A DNA stretch of 64,000 nucleotides from Acidimicrobiia bacterium (GTDB lineage: Bacteria; Actinomycetota; Acidimicrobiia; Spongiisociales; UBA5794). This document shows positions 18,325-27,384 of this stretch, piece by piece (the first letter of the stretch is position 1; each line of letters begins with the position of its first letter). Below the pieces are notes generated by a model that worked only from the letters and a program-made list of their open reading frames with translations, did no database searches and was not told the DNA's origin. Both the position numbers and the translations under genes were made by a program. The stretch lies in assembly GCA_041581135.1 (NCBI GenBank), contig JBFGCM010000003.1, positions 9,479-73,478 of the forward strand. Reading direction: 5' to 3'.

Positions 18325-19653
18325 ATGCGGCTCAGCGCCACCCGTATCGTACGTTTTTCCGCGGTGCTCTTCACCTTGGCGGCCCTGTGGGCGCCGCCGG
18401 CTCTGGCTGCCGATCCCGACGACGTGGCTCGTACGGTCTTCGATCAAGGATATTTCATCGAGCCGGGGGCGAGCATCTCTGCCGGTAGAGCGGGCGAGCT
18501 CGTCGCGGAGGTGCGCAACGAAGGTGAGCGGTTCTCGCTGGTCGTGCTGTCCGAGGAACCGGCGGGCGGGGCGGTCACCTTCGCAGACGCCGTCTTCGAC
18601 CGGTTGGGGCTGGACGGCACCGTGTTGGTGGTGGCGCCAGAGACGGCGGGCTTCAGCTCGGACCAGAGCCTGTTCACCGATGCCGAGCGCAATGCCGCGT
18701 TGGAGCGCGCGTTCGATGTCGGCGGGGATGACGAGAGTTTCGCAGCGGCGTTCGTGGCGACGCTGGTTGGCGAGCCGGCCTCTGCACCCGGCGGCTCCGA
18801 CGGTGGAGGCGGCTCCGGCTTCCTCGTGTTTCTGGTCGTCATCGCCGTCATCGGGCTGCTCGGCTTCCTCTGGGTGCGATCCCAACGCAAACGGAGTGAG
18901 GCCAAGGTCGTCGGCCACCTCGAGGAGGCGAAAGCGGAGATCCAGAACCAGGTCGACGCCGTCGCCAACGAGGTGCTCGACCTGGAGGAGCGGGTGCGCG
19001 TGGCCGACAACGAAGAAGCCGACGCGTTCTATCAGCAGGCCAACGCCGCCTACGTTGCCGCCGCCGAGGCGTTCGAGCGGGCCACCGATCTGCGCGCCCT
19101 CGAGTCCATCTCCGACCAGCTCGACGAGGCGGCGTGGCAGCTCGACGCCGCCGAAGCGGTGCTCGAAGGACGACCGGTGCCCAAGAAGCCGCCCAAGGAG
19201 GAGCCGGGGCGTTGCTTCTTCGATCCGACCCACGCCCCGCCGTATGTCGATGCCGAGATTCGCACGCCCGCAGGGAGCCGCACCGTGAAGGTCTGTCGAG
19301 CCGACGCAGAGAAGTTGCAGCGCGGTGAGCGTCCTGACTCACGAATGATCGAAGTCGGCGGCCGGCGTGTGCCCGCGGCGTCCGCACCGCGGTCTCACGG
19401 CGGCCTCGGTATGGGCGGCCTCGACATGTTCTCGGTGATTCTCGGCGGCATGGCCTCGCAGATGTCATGGGGTGGCGCCGGCCGGGGCCGCAGCTCGCGG
19501 CCGCGTGCGTCGTCGCGCTCGGGTGGAGGGCTCTTCCCTCGACCCTCGGGCCGGGGCCGCTCGAGCAGTCGTGGTCGCAGCTCGGGCTCGTCGCGTCGCC
19601 GATCGGCGAGCCGGTCCGGTAGGAGTCGCGGTGGGGGTCGGCGGCGCCGCTGA
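18325..19653 (+). CDS. membrane protein: signal peptide, TPM-like ectodomain (tentative), one TM, coiled-coil region, Arg/Ser/Gly-rich tail
   Basis: Signal peptide ...LFTLAALWAPPALA. TM FLVFLVVIAVIGLLGFLWV. Helical heptad-like segment. Conserved-looking GRCFFDPTHAPPY...VKVCRADAEKL. The C-terminal 70 aa are almost only R/S/G. Confidence 0.6.
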   Translation: MRLSATRIVRFSAVLFTLAALWAPPALAADPDDVARTVFDQGYFIEPGASISAGRAGELVAEVRNEGERFSLVVLSEEPAGGAVTFADAVFDRLGLDGTVLVVAPETAGFSSDQSLFTDAERNAALERAFDVGGDDESFAAAFVATLVGEPASAPGGSDGGGGSGFLVFLVVIAVIGLLGFLWVRSQRKRSEAKVVGHLEEAKAEIQNQVDAVANEVLDLEERVRVADNEEADAFYQQANAAYVAAAEAFERATDLRALESISDQLDEAAWQLDAAEAVLEGRPVPKKPPKEEPGRCFFDPTHAPPYVDAEIRTPAGSRTVKVCRADAEKLQRGERPDSRMIEVGGRRVPAASAPRSHGGLGMGGLDMFSVILGGMASQMSWGGAGRGRSSRPRASSRSGGGLFPRPSGRGRSSSRGRSSGSSRRRSASRSGRSRGGGRRRR

Positions 19654-19749
19654 GTGGCGGTAGCACAGCACGCCGTAGCCGCCCGCCCATCCCGTTTGGC
19701 TTTCTCCTACACTTCTGGCACCGCTTTCGAAATGGAGGACTGAGCCGTC

Positions 19750-20472
19750 ATGGGATTCCTGAAGCGCTTGTGGGGCTACATCAAGCAGCTCTTCAAGTCG
19801 ACCGCCGAAGGTGCGATGAATCCGGAGATCGAGATCGAGCAGGCCATCAACGAGGCCAAGAAGCGTGATCAAGAGCTGCGGAATCAGGCTGCCAAGGTGG
19901 TGGCGCACCGCACGCAGATCGAAGGGCAGATGGAGCGCGCCGCCGACGACGTCGGCGAGGCGCGTGAACTCGCCAAGCAGTCGCTGCTCAAGGCCGAGCA
20001 GGCCAAGAGCAACGGCGACACCGACGGCGTTCAGAAGTGGACTCGCACCGCCCAGGCGTTGGCGATGAAGCTGCAGGCCGCCGAGAACAACCTGAACTCG
20101 CTGAAGGGCCAATACGAGACATCGGTGACGCAGGCGGACAAGGCCAAAGAGGCCGTGACCCAGAACGCGATGCGACTGCAGGAGCTGGCCGCCAAACGGA
20201 TGGAGCTCTTGGGTTCGTTGCAGCAGGCGAAGATGCAGGAGTCCGTGAACAAGGCCGTCGAGTCGATCTCGTCGACCATGGACGTCGATATGCCCTCGCT
20301 GGAGAAGGTCGAGCAGAAGATCGAGGCGCGGAAGGCCGAGGCCATGGCGAAGGCCGAATTGCGGGAAGCGACTCCCGAAGGCGCCGAGACCGAGTTGCGC
20401 GAGGCGATCAGCGAGGCACAGGCCGACGCCAAGCTCGACGAGCTGAAGGCCGAGCTGGGGCTCACCACGTGA
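19750..20472 (+). CDS. pspA: PspA/IM30 (Vipp1) family envelope-stress protein
   Basis: RBS GGAGGA. The N-terminus MGFLKRLWGYIKQLFK...NPEIEIEQAINEAKKRDQELRNQAAKV and the all-helical 240 aa are typical of PspA/IM30. Confidence 0.9.
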   Translation: MGFLKRLWGYIKQLFKSTAEGAMNPEIEIEQAINEAKKRDQELRNQAAKVVAHRTQIEGQMERAADDVGEARELAKQSLLKAEQAKSNGDTDGVQKWTRTAQALAMKLQAAENNLNSLKGQYETSVTQADKAKEAVTQNAMRLQELAAKRMELLGSLQQAKMQESVNKAVESISSTMDVDMPSLEKVEQKIEARKAEAMAKAELREATPEGAETELREAISEAQADAKLDELKAELGLTT

Positions 20473-20554
20473 CGCCGCAGCGGTAACACGACGCCTTTTG
20501 TCGCAGCGCCGTCGGGGCATCCCGGCGGCGTTGCCGTTTCTGGGGAGGATCGAG

Positions 20555-21298
20555 ATGGAAGCAGGAGAGCGGCGTGACCCGTCGCGGCAGCGGTGGTTCA
20601 CGAAGTCGGCAACTGTGTACGACGCGATCTACGAGTCGATCCTCGATTACGACGCAGAAACCGAGCTCTTGATGGACATCATCGGCGAGCGGCGCCCGGG
20701 TGCCGAGTCCGTGCTCGAGGTCGGGTGCGGTACCGGTCAGTTCCTTGCGCGGTTGCGACGCGACTTCGGGCGGGTGGTCGGCGTCGACGTGTCCGAGGAG
20801 ATGGTGGCGGTGTGCCGTGCTCGACACCCTGAGTGCGATGTCAGGCTCGACGACATGCGGACGTTCGACCTCGGCGAACAGTTCGACGCGGTGCTGTGCT
20901 TGTTTGCATCGGTCGGCTACGTGCGCACTCTCCACGGTCTGCAGCAGGCGACGAGTGCTCTGGCGCGCCATCTCGCTCCAGGTGGGGTGCTCGTGCTCGA
21001 CGGCTGGATCCGGCCCGAGGACTACGTAGTGGGCCATCGTCACGCGCTGACGGCCCACGCTCCGGGGTTGACCGTGTCGCGTCACTCGCTGGCACACGCG
21101 GGTCCGCCCGGGGAGTCCATGATCGACATGGCGCATCTCGTGTCGACGCCGGAGGGCTTCGACTACTACGTGGAGCGGCACGAGATGGGGCTGTTCGCCG
21201 ACGAGGATGTCGTGGCGGCGATGCGCGCCGCCGGCCTCGAAGACATCGAGGTGCTCGAGTGGAGAGCGCGGGGACGGTACGTGGGGAGTGCACCCTGA
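20555..21298 (+). CDS. class I SAM-dependent methyltransferase
   Basis: ATG at 20555 preceded by GGGGAGG. SAM motif I VLEVGCGTGQF, followed by VVGVDVSEEMV and DAVLCLFASVGY. Confidence 0.85.
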   Translation: MEAGERRDPSRQRWFTKSATVYDAIYESILDYDAETELLMDIIGERRPGAESVLEVGCGTGQFLARLRRDFGRVVGVDVSEEMVAVCRARHPECDVRLDDMRTFDLGEQFDAVLCLFASVGYVRTLHGLQQATSALARHLAPGGVLVLDGWIRPEDYVVGHRHALTAHAPGLTVSRHSLAHAGPPGESMIDMAHLVSTPEGFDYYVERHEMGLFADEDVVAAMRAAGLEDIEVLEWRARGRYVGSAP

Positions 21299-21443
21299 CG
21301 AGTGTGCTCGCCGCGCAACGGCCACCGGGGCGGGCAGGTTCGTTCGTTGTGCTTATTCGGCGCGTAATGGTGGTTCTAAGCACAATCGACGCATCGACCT
21401 CCCTCACTACACTCGCCTGCGTCGCCGACGAACGGGAGGACTG

Positions 21444-23633
21444 GTGGCAGGGACGACGACCGAGGCGCCCGTGACCGAAGACGCGATCACCGCGCCGGTT
21501 CGTACCCGCTCCGTCGCCCATCTGTTGCTGTGGCTCGCCGCAGCCAGCGTCGTCGGCACCTTGCTGCTCTGGTGGCTGGGTACCCTCTCAGCCGAGGAGG
21601 AGCCCGAAGTCGGCCGCGCCGTCTTCGGCAACATTCCCGGCGCCCTGGTCGCCTTCTTCTACGTGGGTGTCTCGGTCTTCCTCGGGTTCTCGATCTACCT
21701 GTTCGCCCAGCGAATGCGCAACGTGGAACGGGGACGGCCGGAGAGCCGCGCCGGGCTGTGGAAGCAGCGCATCCGTCGCCTCGACCAGGGTCTTCGCATG
21801 AAGACGCTGCTCGAGGATCGGGAAGCCGGACTGATGCATGCCGCCATCTACTACGGATTCCTGGTGCTGTTCTTGGGCACCGTCACCCTCGAGATCGACC
21901 ACCTGCTCCCCAACAACCTCAAGTTCCTCCACGGGAGCGTGTACCAGGCGTACTCGGCCATCCTCGACGCCTTCGGCCTCGTGTTCCTGGGCGGGCTGGC
22001 ATGGGCAGCCGTCCGCCGCTACGGGAAGCGGCCGTGGCGCCTCCGCAGCAAGACGAAGCCGGAGGACATGTGGATCCTGATCACGCTGGCCACCATCGGC
22101 GTCACCGGCTTGCTCACCGAGGCCGCCCGTATCGCCACGATGGGCCGGCCCGGATTCGAGATCTGGTCGTTCGTGGGATACCCACTCAGCTACCTGTTTC
22201 CCGAGTCGTCGGCGGCGGGGCTCCACCAGATCGTCTGGACGGTGCACGCCATTGCGTTCGGCGTGTTCCTGATCATCTTGCCGACGACGAAGCTCCGCCA
22301 CATGGTCACCTCGCCCGTCAACCTGGCGCTGTCGCCGCGGGAGCGCCCGAAGGGCGCGATGCGCGAGATGGTCAACCTCATGGAGGCCGAAGATCTCCCC
22401 GACGCCGTGGGCGCCTCCACCGTGGGCGAGTTCACCTGGAAGCAGCTGTTCGACACGGAGGCCTGCACCGTGTGCGGCCGCTGCACGTCGGTGTGCCCGG
22501 CCAACACCACCGGTAAGCCGCTGGACCCCAGGGAGATCGTCCTGAAGCTCGGTGAGGTGGCGGCCCGCACGGCGGCGGACCCACTGTCACCGCCGGTGAG
22601 CGTCGACAGCGAGATCACCGTGTCCAGTGACCTCGTCTTCGAACGCATCACCTCCGAGGAGCTGTGGGCATGTACGTCCTGCCGCGCCTGCGACGAGATC
22701 TGTCCCGTCGACATCGAGATCCTCGACAAGATCCTCGACATGCGCCGCTATCTCTCGCTGATGGAATCGGATTTCCCCAGCGAGCTGGGCAAGGCGTACA
22801 TCTCCCTGGAGAACTCTTCCAACGTGTACGGCGTCGACCAGAGCACGCGTGGTGACTGGACCGACGACCTCGGGTTCCCCGTGAAGCGGCTCGGCGAGCC
22901 AGGGGTGGAGGCCGAGTATCTCTACTGGGTGGGATGCGCCGGTAGCTTCGACGACCGTAACCGGAAGGTGACGATCTCCACCGCCCGTCTGCTGCAGGAG
23001 GCCGGTGTCGACTTCGCCATCCTCGGTCCCGGCGAGCTGTGCACGGGTGACCCGGCCCGACGCACCGGCAACGAGTACGTGTTCCAAGGGCTGGCGCTGC
23101 AGAACATCGAGACACTCAACGATCTCGGTGTCACCAAGATCATCACGCAATGCCCGCACTGCTTCAACACTCTGGGCAACGAGTATCCGCAGTTCGGTGG
23201 CGAGTACCAGGTGATGCACCACAGTGAGCTGCTCATGAACCTGGTGGGGGAGGGCAAGATCACGCCCAAGAACGGAGACAGCCGCACGGTCACCTTCCAC
23301 GACCCGTGCTACCTGGGCCGACACAACGACGTATTCCTGGCGCCCCGCGAGGTCATCGACAGCGTGGGCGACCGGGTCGAGATGCCACGCAACGGCCTCG
23401 ACTCGTTCTGCTGCGGTGCCGGCGGAGGCCGGATGTGGATGGAGGAGCACCTCGGCAAGAAGGTCAACATCGAACGTACCGAGGAGGCGGTCGCCACCAA
23501 CGCCGACATCGTGGCGACGGGCTGCCCGTTCTGTTACGTGATGATGGACGATGGCGTAAAGGAGATCGGTGCCGACGAGAGCGTCGAGGTGATGGACCTG
23601 GCGATGTTGTTGGCCCAGCGGAGCCTCGACTAG
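21444..23633 (+). CDS. membrane-anchored (Fe-S)-binding oxidoreductase, heterodisulfide-reductase (HdrD/GlpC)-related
   Basis: N-terminal multi-TM domain. Two 4Fe-4S motifs (CTVCGRCTSVCP, CTSCRACDEICP). Two CCG-type Cys-rich domains (QCPHCFNTLG, FCCGAGGG). The start is uncertain (GTG 21444 or 21471); the upstream part of the tracked ORF overlaps the previous CDS. Confidence 0.8.
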   Translation: MAGTTTEAPVTEDAITAPVRTRSVAHLLLWLAAASVVGTLLLWWLGTLSAEEEPEVGRAVFGNIPGALVAFFYVGVSVFLGFSIYLFAQRMRNVERGRPESRAGLWKQRIRRLDQGLRMKTLLEDREAGLMHAAIYYGFLVLFLGTVTLEIDHLLPNNLKFLHGSVYQAYSAILDAFGLVFLGGLAWAAVRRYGKRPWRLRSKTKPEDMWILITLATIGVTGLLTEAARIATMGRPGFEIWSFVGYPLSYLFPESSAAGLHQIVWTVHAIAFGVFLIILPTTKLRHMVTSPVNLALSPRERPKGAMREMVNLMEAEDLPDAVGASTVGEFTWKQLFDTEACTVCGRCTSVCPANTTGKPLDPREIVLKLGEVAARTAADPLSPPVSVDSEITVSSDLVFERITSEELWACTSCRACDEICPVDIEILDKILDMRRYLSLMESDFPSELGKAYISLENSSNVYGVDQSTRGDWTDDLGFPVKRLGEPGVEAEYLYWVGCAGSFDDRNRKVTISTARLLQEAGVDFAILGPGELCTGDPARRTGNEYVFQGLALQNIETLNDLGVTKIITQCPHCFNTLGNEYPQFGGEYQVMHHSELLMNLVGEGKITPKNGDSRTVTFHDPCYLGRHNDVFLAPREVIDSVGDRVEMPRNGLDSFCCGAGGGRMWMEEHLGKKVNIERTEEAVATNADIVATGCPFCYVMMDDGVKEIGADESVEVMDLAMLLAQRSLD

Positions 23634-23822
23634 CCGCCTGATCGCGCCGGCCGGCGGACCCCACGGTCGGACGCCCGGCTGTCTCGGGCTGCGTCGTCTC
23701 CCCGAGCCGACTGGTGGACGAACTAGTCCGTTGCCGGCGTCGGTCTCGCCTGCACTCAAGGCTCGTCACGGCGTTGCCGATATAGGGAGGGTGCTCATGA
23801 TCAGGAAGGAGCATCAGGCAAC

Positions 23823-24158
23823 ATGACGTGTTCTCGGTGCAGTGCCGAAGCTGTCGTCAAGCGCGACGCCGCGTACTACTGCGGCAAGTGCGCGATGGCC
23901 CGTGACTGGGAAGAGATCATCGCCATTGTCCAGGCCGATGGGGCTCCTGCTTCTCTCGTCGACTTTGGAGCTGCGAACCCCGCTGCTCAGCCGGAGCCCG
24001 AGCCGGTGGTCGAGGTCATCTCGGCTGATCCTGAGCCGGTTGCAGCCATGCCGGAACCCGAGCCGGCAGGAGCTTCTGCGCCCGCCGAGCTCGAAGAGGA
24101 GCCCATGGTGACCGCCGCAGCTGCGGCCAGCGACCTCCCCGCCGACCCCTTCGCATAG
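23823..24158 (+). CDS. small zinc-ribbon protein with acidic Pro/Glu-rich disordered tail
   Basis: RBS AGGAAGGAG. CSRC-x14-CGKC at the N-terminus. The tail is rich in PEPEP. A strong hairpin follows. Confidence 0.55.
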   Translation: MTCSRCSAEAVVKRDAAYYCGKCAMARDWEEIIAIVQADGAPASLVDFGAANPAAQPEPEPVVEVISADPEPVAAMPEPEPAGASAPAELEEEPMVTAAAAASDLPADPFA

Positions 24159-24228
24159 ACCCGGCGCTCGCCGCAGACCACGAAGGACGAGGCATCCCCA
24201 CGGCGTGCCGTGGGGACACAGGATTGAT

Positions 24229-24266
24229 GAAGCAGGGCCGGACCACGTCCGGCCCTGCTTCTGTTT
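24229..24266 (+). terminator. intrinsic terminator-like hairpin
   Basis: Perfect 13-bp stem GAAGCAGGGCCGG / CCGGCCCTGCTTC with loop ACCACGT, followed by TGTTT. It lies 70 nt after the stop of 23823..24158. Confidence 0.7.
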
Positions 24267-24325
24267 ACCATCGCCTCCCGAATCGAGGGTGAGGTGTCCG
24301 TGCCGGCGCCACGGGAGGAGCGAAC

Positions 24326-24877
24326 ATGACGTCCGTCGGTTTCACGCGTATGGACGAGGGCACCGCCGAGGACTATGCGCTGCTGGCCGGTTACGAGCAA
24401 GCCGAGCTGGACTCCTTCCCCGATCGAGTGCTCGGCTGGCTGCGCGACATGGACGAGCACACGGGCTACCAGATCTCCCGTCTGGGCCACTCGCTGCAGT
24501 CCGCCACGCGGGCGCATCGGGACGGCCGATCCGAGGAGTACGTGGTCGCCGCCCTGCTCCATGACATCGGTGACGTGCTGGCTCCCGCCAACCACAGTGA
24601 GGTGGCGGCCGCCATGTTGCGGCCGTACGTGGGCGACGAGCTGTACTGGATCATCAAGCACCACGGGGTGTTCCAGGCGTACTACTACCACTCACAGATC
24701 GGCAAGGACCCCAACCTGCGGGATCGTTATCGCGACCATCCTCTGTACGACGCCACCGTGGAGTTCTGCGAGAACTACGACCAGGTGTCCTTCGACCCCG
24801 ATTACGAGACCGAGCCCCTGGAGTTCTTCGAACCGATGCTCCGCCGCGTGCTGGCCGAGCCGAGGCCGCACGTCTGA
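24326..24877 (+). CDS. HD-domain metal-dependent hydrolase/oxygenase-like protein
   Basis: RBS GGGAGGAG. HD motif region GHSLQSATRAH...VVAALLHDIGD. It resembles the PhnZ/MIOX-like HD subgroup, which is inference. Confidence 0.75.
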   Translation: MTSVGFTRMDEGTAEDYALLAGYEQAELDSFPDRVLGWLRDMDEHTGYQISRLGHSLQSATRAHRDGRSEEYVVAALLHDIGDVLAPANHSEVAAAMLRPYVGDELYWIIKHHGVFQAYYYHSQIGKDPNLRDRYRDHPLYDATVEFCENYDQVSFDPDYETEPLEFFEPMLRRVLAEPRPHV

Positions 24878-24878
24878 A

Positions 24879-25841
24879 TCACCCGAGCGCGGCCTCGACC
24901 AGGTCAGCGGCGGTTGCGGCACATCCCCACGACAAGCTGTGGCCGGATCCGGCATGGCCGTAGTTGTGGATCACGGTTGTCTCCCCACGTGGCTCGGCCT
25001 CCAACCGCACCGACGGTCGGCCGGGTCGCAAGCCGACTCGCACGTCGATGATCTCGGGGTCGGCCACGCGAGGCTCGATGGCGGCACAGCGGCGGAGAAT
25101 GTCGGCCGTCAGCTCGTCGTCGACCCTCCGGTCCCAGTCGCCCTGCTGCCGGCTGCCACCCAGGATGCAGTCGTCACCGCGTGGGAACACGTAGGTGACG
25201 TCTTCCAGGTGATGGTCGTCGATCACACAGCGCGGTACACCCGGGTTGACGATGCGGATCACCTGGCCCCGAATCGGGAACACGTCCGGGTCGTGGGCGA
25301 GCCGATGCGCCCCCACGCCGGTGCAGTTGACCACGACGCCGTCGCCGGCCTCTTCGAGGTCGTCGAGCATGCGTAGCTCGATCGATCCGCCCAGGTCCCG
25401 GAAACGACGGGTGAGCCACTCCAGGTACTCGGGAACCTTGATCACCAGACATGAGAACGCCCACGCATGTTGCCGCCCGGCCGGTAGTGGGATGTCCGGC
25501 GCATCGGTGAAGCCCGGCACCAGGTCCGCCCAGACCGGGGGCGGCTGCGGACCGGTGTGCAGTTCCAGGACCTCCGTCTCCAGGACGGTACCCGTGGCAG
25601 TCAGCTCCTCGAGCCGTCGCAGCGTCTGTTCGGCCCATCTGATCATCCGGGTGTCGTCGAGCGCATCGAGGGGATACCAGATGGCTCCTGCAGCCGCTGA
25701 GGTGGTGTCGGCGGGCATCTCTGCGGCGACGATGTCGGCGGCGATGCCGCGCTCTCGCAACACCGTGCCGGTGGTCAAGCCGATGACGCCGGCTCCGACG
25801 ACAGTCACGCTCACGAGTGCCGGACTCCCCCCTGGACCCAC
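24879..25841 (-). CDS. FAD-dependent D-amino-acid oxidase family protein
   Basis: N-terminal VTVVGAGVIGLTTG. C-terminal HNYGHAGSGHSLSWGCA typical of DAAO. The exact start (ATG or an internal GTG) is uncertain. Confidence 0.85.
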   Translation of the reverse strand: MGPGGSPALVSVTVVGAGVIGLTTGTVLRERGIAADIVAAEMPADTTSAAAGAIWYPLDALDDTRMIRWAEQTLRRLEELTATGTVLETEVLELHTGPQPPPVWADLVPGFTDAPDIPLPAGRQHAWAFSCLVIKVPEYLEWLTRRFRDLGGSIELRMLDDLEEAGDGVVVNCTGVGAHRLAHDPDVFPIRGQVIRIVNPGVPRCVIDDHHLEDVTYVFPRGDDCILGGSRQQGDWDRRVDDELTADILRRCAAIEPRVADPEIIDVRVGLRPGRPSVRLEAEPRGETTVIHNYGHAGSGHSLSWGCAATAADLVEAALG

Positions 25842-25878
25842 GCGCCTCGCGTCGAACTCGGTGTGCGACGGGGCGTGT

Positions 25879-26205
25879 TCACCTGCTGGTGGCTTCTTCG
25901 ACGGTGGACACGACCGCGAACACCCGGTCGATGCCGCTCACTTCGAGCACCCGCCGCACCGGTCCCTTGGCCGACACCAGCGTCAGGGTGCGCCCGGCCT
26001 CGCGCAGCGCGTTCCCGACATGCACCAGGGCGGTGACCCCGGTGGAGTCGAGGAACTGCACGCCCGTGAGATCGGCAACGACGTTCCGGCTGTCTGCCGA
26101 GTCGAGGGTCGGTTCGAGGTCGGCCTGCAACAAGCCCGAGGTGCGCAGGTCGACGGTGCCGGTGATGGAGACCACCACGTACTCCGCGTGGTCGTGGCGG
26201 TCCAC
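25879..26205 (-). CDS. STAS-domain anti-sigma-factor antagonist (RsbV/SpoIIAA-like)
   Basis: Only the 3' 327 nt of tracked ORF 25879..27327 look real. GTG at 26203-26205 lies downstream of GGGAGGA. The translation has VVSITGTVDLRTSGLL...VVADLTGVQFLDSTGVTALV. Confidence 0.8.
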   Translation of the reverse strand: MDRHDHAEYVVVSITGTVDLRTSGLLQADLEPTLDSADSRNVVADLTGVQFLDSTGVTALVHVGNALREAGRTLTLVSAKGPVRRVLEVSGIDRVFAVVSTVEEATSR

Positions 26206-26284
26206 GTGGATGTCGGGTCCTCCCAAGATGCCTGCTCTCGTGCCGCTATCGTCGACGGTGCCGGTCCCCGATCCGAGGTTACCT

Positions 26285-26665
26285 GTGAGCGTCCCCGAAG
26301 TCCCACCGGTCACCGTCACCGTGCCGGCCGTACCCGGATGCTTGCCCGTGATACGGGCCGTCGTGGCCACGATGGCCGCAGCCGCCGATCTGACGATCGA
26401 CGACGTCGACGATGCCACGATCGCCGTCGAGGAAGCGGCACTGTTGCTGTTGGAGCACGGCTCATCCGAGCTGACGATGACGGTGCAAGCCGACGACGGG
26501 CTCATCACCGTCACGTTGCTCGGCGATGGCGCCGCCACCGACTGGCCGCCCCCCGCCTTCGAGGGAGGGCTGGCGGGCCGCATCCTGCGCGGCGTCGCCG
26601 ATGAGGTTGCGGCAGCATCGGACGAGCCCCGGTTGATGTTCGCCAAGGCGTCTGCAGCGCGGTGA
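26285..26665 (+). CDS. short RsbW-like anti-sigma factor (HATPase_c-like fold)
   Basis: In-frame GTG at 26285 after GAGG. N-terminus VTVTVPAVPGCLPVIRAVVATMAAAADL, then EEAALLLLEHG. The stop overlaps the sigma start (GTGA at 26662-26665). Confidence 0.65.
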   Translation: MSVPEVPPVTVTVPAVPGCLPVIRAVVATMAAAADLTIDDVDDATIAVEEAALLLLEHGSSELTMTVQADDGLITVTLLGDGAATDWPPPAFEGGLAGRILRGVADEVAAASDEPRLMFAKASAAR

Positions 26666-27384
26666 GCCGGGGGAGGGTCGACGAGGAACAGATCGAGACG
26701 TTGGCGCGCCGGCTGCCGGACAGCAGCGCCCGGCGAGCCATCATCGAGCTGTGCCATCCGCTGGCGCATCGGTTGGCACGTCGCTTCCAGGGCAGGGGCG
26801 AGTCCCACGACGACCTCGTGCAAGTCGCCGCGGTCGGTCTGATCAAGGCGGTGGACAACTTCGATCGGGGTCGGGGCGAATCGTTGGTGGGGTACGCGAT
26901 GGCAATGATGCTCGGTGAGCTCCGCCGCCACTTCCGTGATCGGTCTCGCATCGTGCGCATGCCGCGCGAGGTACAACAGCGAGCGGCCGAGGTGAACCGC
27001 GCAGTGGACCATCTCAGTCAGCGATTGGGCCGGTCGCCCACCATCGCCGAGATCGCGGCCGAGACCGACTTGCCGGTCGAGCGGGTGCTGGAGGCCCACG
27101 GTTCGGCTCGGTTGGCCATGCCCGCCTCGATCGAGGAGCTCGACATCGAGGGAACCGAGCTGAGCCGAGCCGAGCGCGACGAGTCGGCGTTCGTTGCGGA
27201 CTGGGTCAGCGTGGCTCCGGTGTTGGCGGATCTTCCGCCGCTGCAGCGGCGGATCCTCTACCTGCGGTTTCACCGCGGTCTGAGTCAGAGTCGGGTGGCG
27301 GTCGAGGTGGGCGTCTCGCAGGTGCACGTGTCACGTCTGCTCAACAAGGCGCTCGTCAGCCTGCGCCGTTCTTCGGGGCACTGA
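26662..27384 (+). CDS. SigB/SigF/SigG-subfamily RNA polymerase sigma factor
   Basis: Region 2 DDLVQVAAVGLIKAVDNFD, region 3 and region 4 (LPPLQRRILYLRFHRGLSQSRVAVEVGVSQVHVSRL). Its position after an rsbW-like gene fits. Confidence 0.88.
   Translation: MSRGRVDEEQIETLARRLPDSSARRAIIELCHPLAHRLARRFQGRGESHDDLVQVAAVGLIKAVDNFDRGRGESLVGYAMAMMLGELRRHFRDRSRIVRMPREVQQRAAEVNRAVDHLSQRLGRSPTIAEIAAETDLPVERVLEAHGSARLAMPASIEELDIEGTELSRAERDESAFVADWVSVAPVLADLPPLQRRILYLRFHRGLSQSRVAVEVGVSQVHVSRLLNKALVSLRRSSGH

Noticed and set aside
25879-27327. 482-aa minus-strand ORF spanning the STAS gene, the rsbW-like gene and the sigma gene
   Set aside because: Only the C-terminal 108 aa (the STAS domain) look real. The rest is antisense to the well-supported rsbW-like and sigma CDSs and is compositionally aberrant. 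An internal GTG with an upstream GGGAGGA gives a normal-sized STAS protein.
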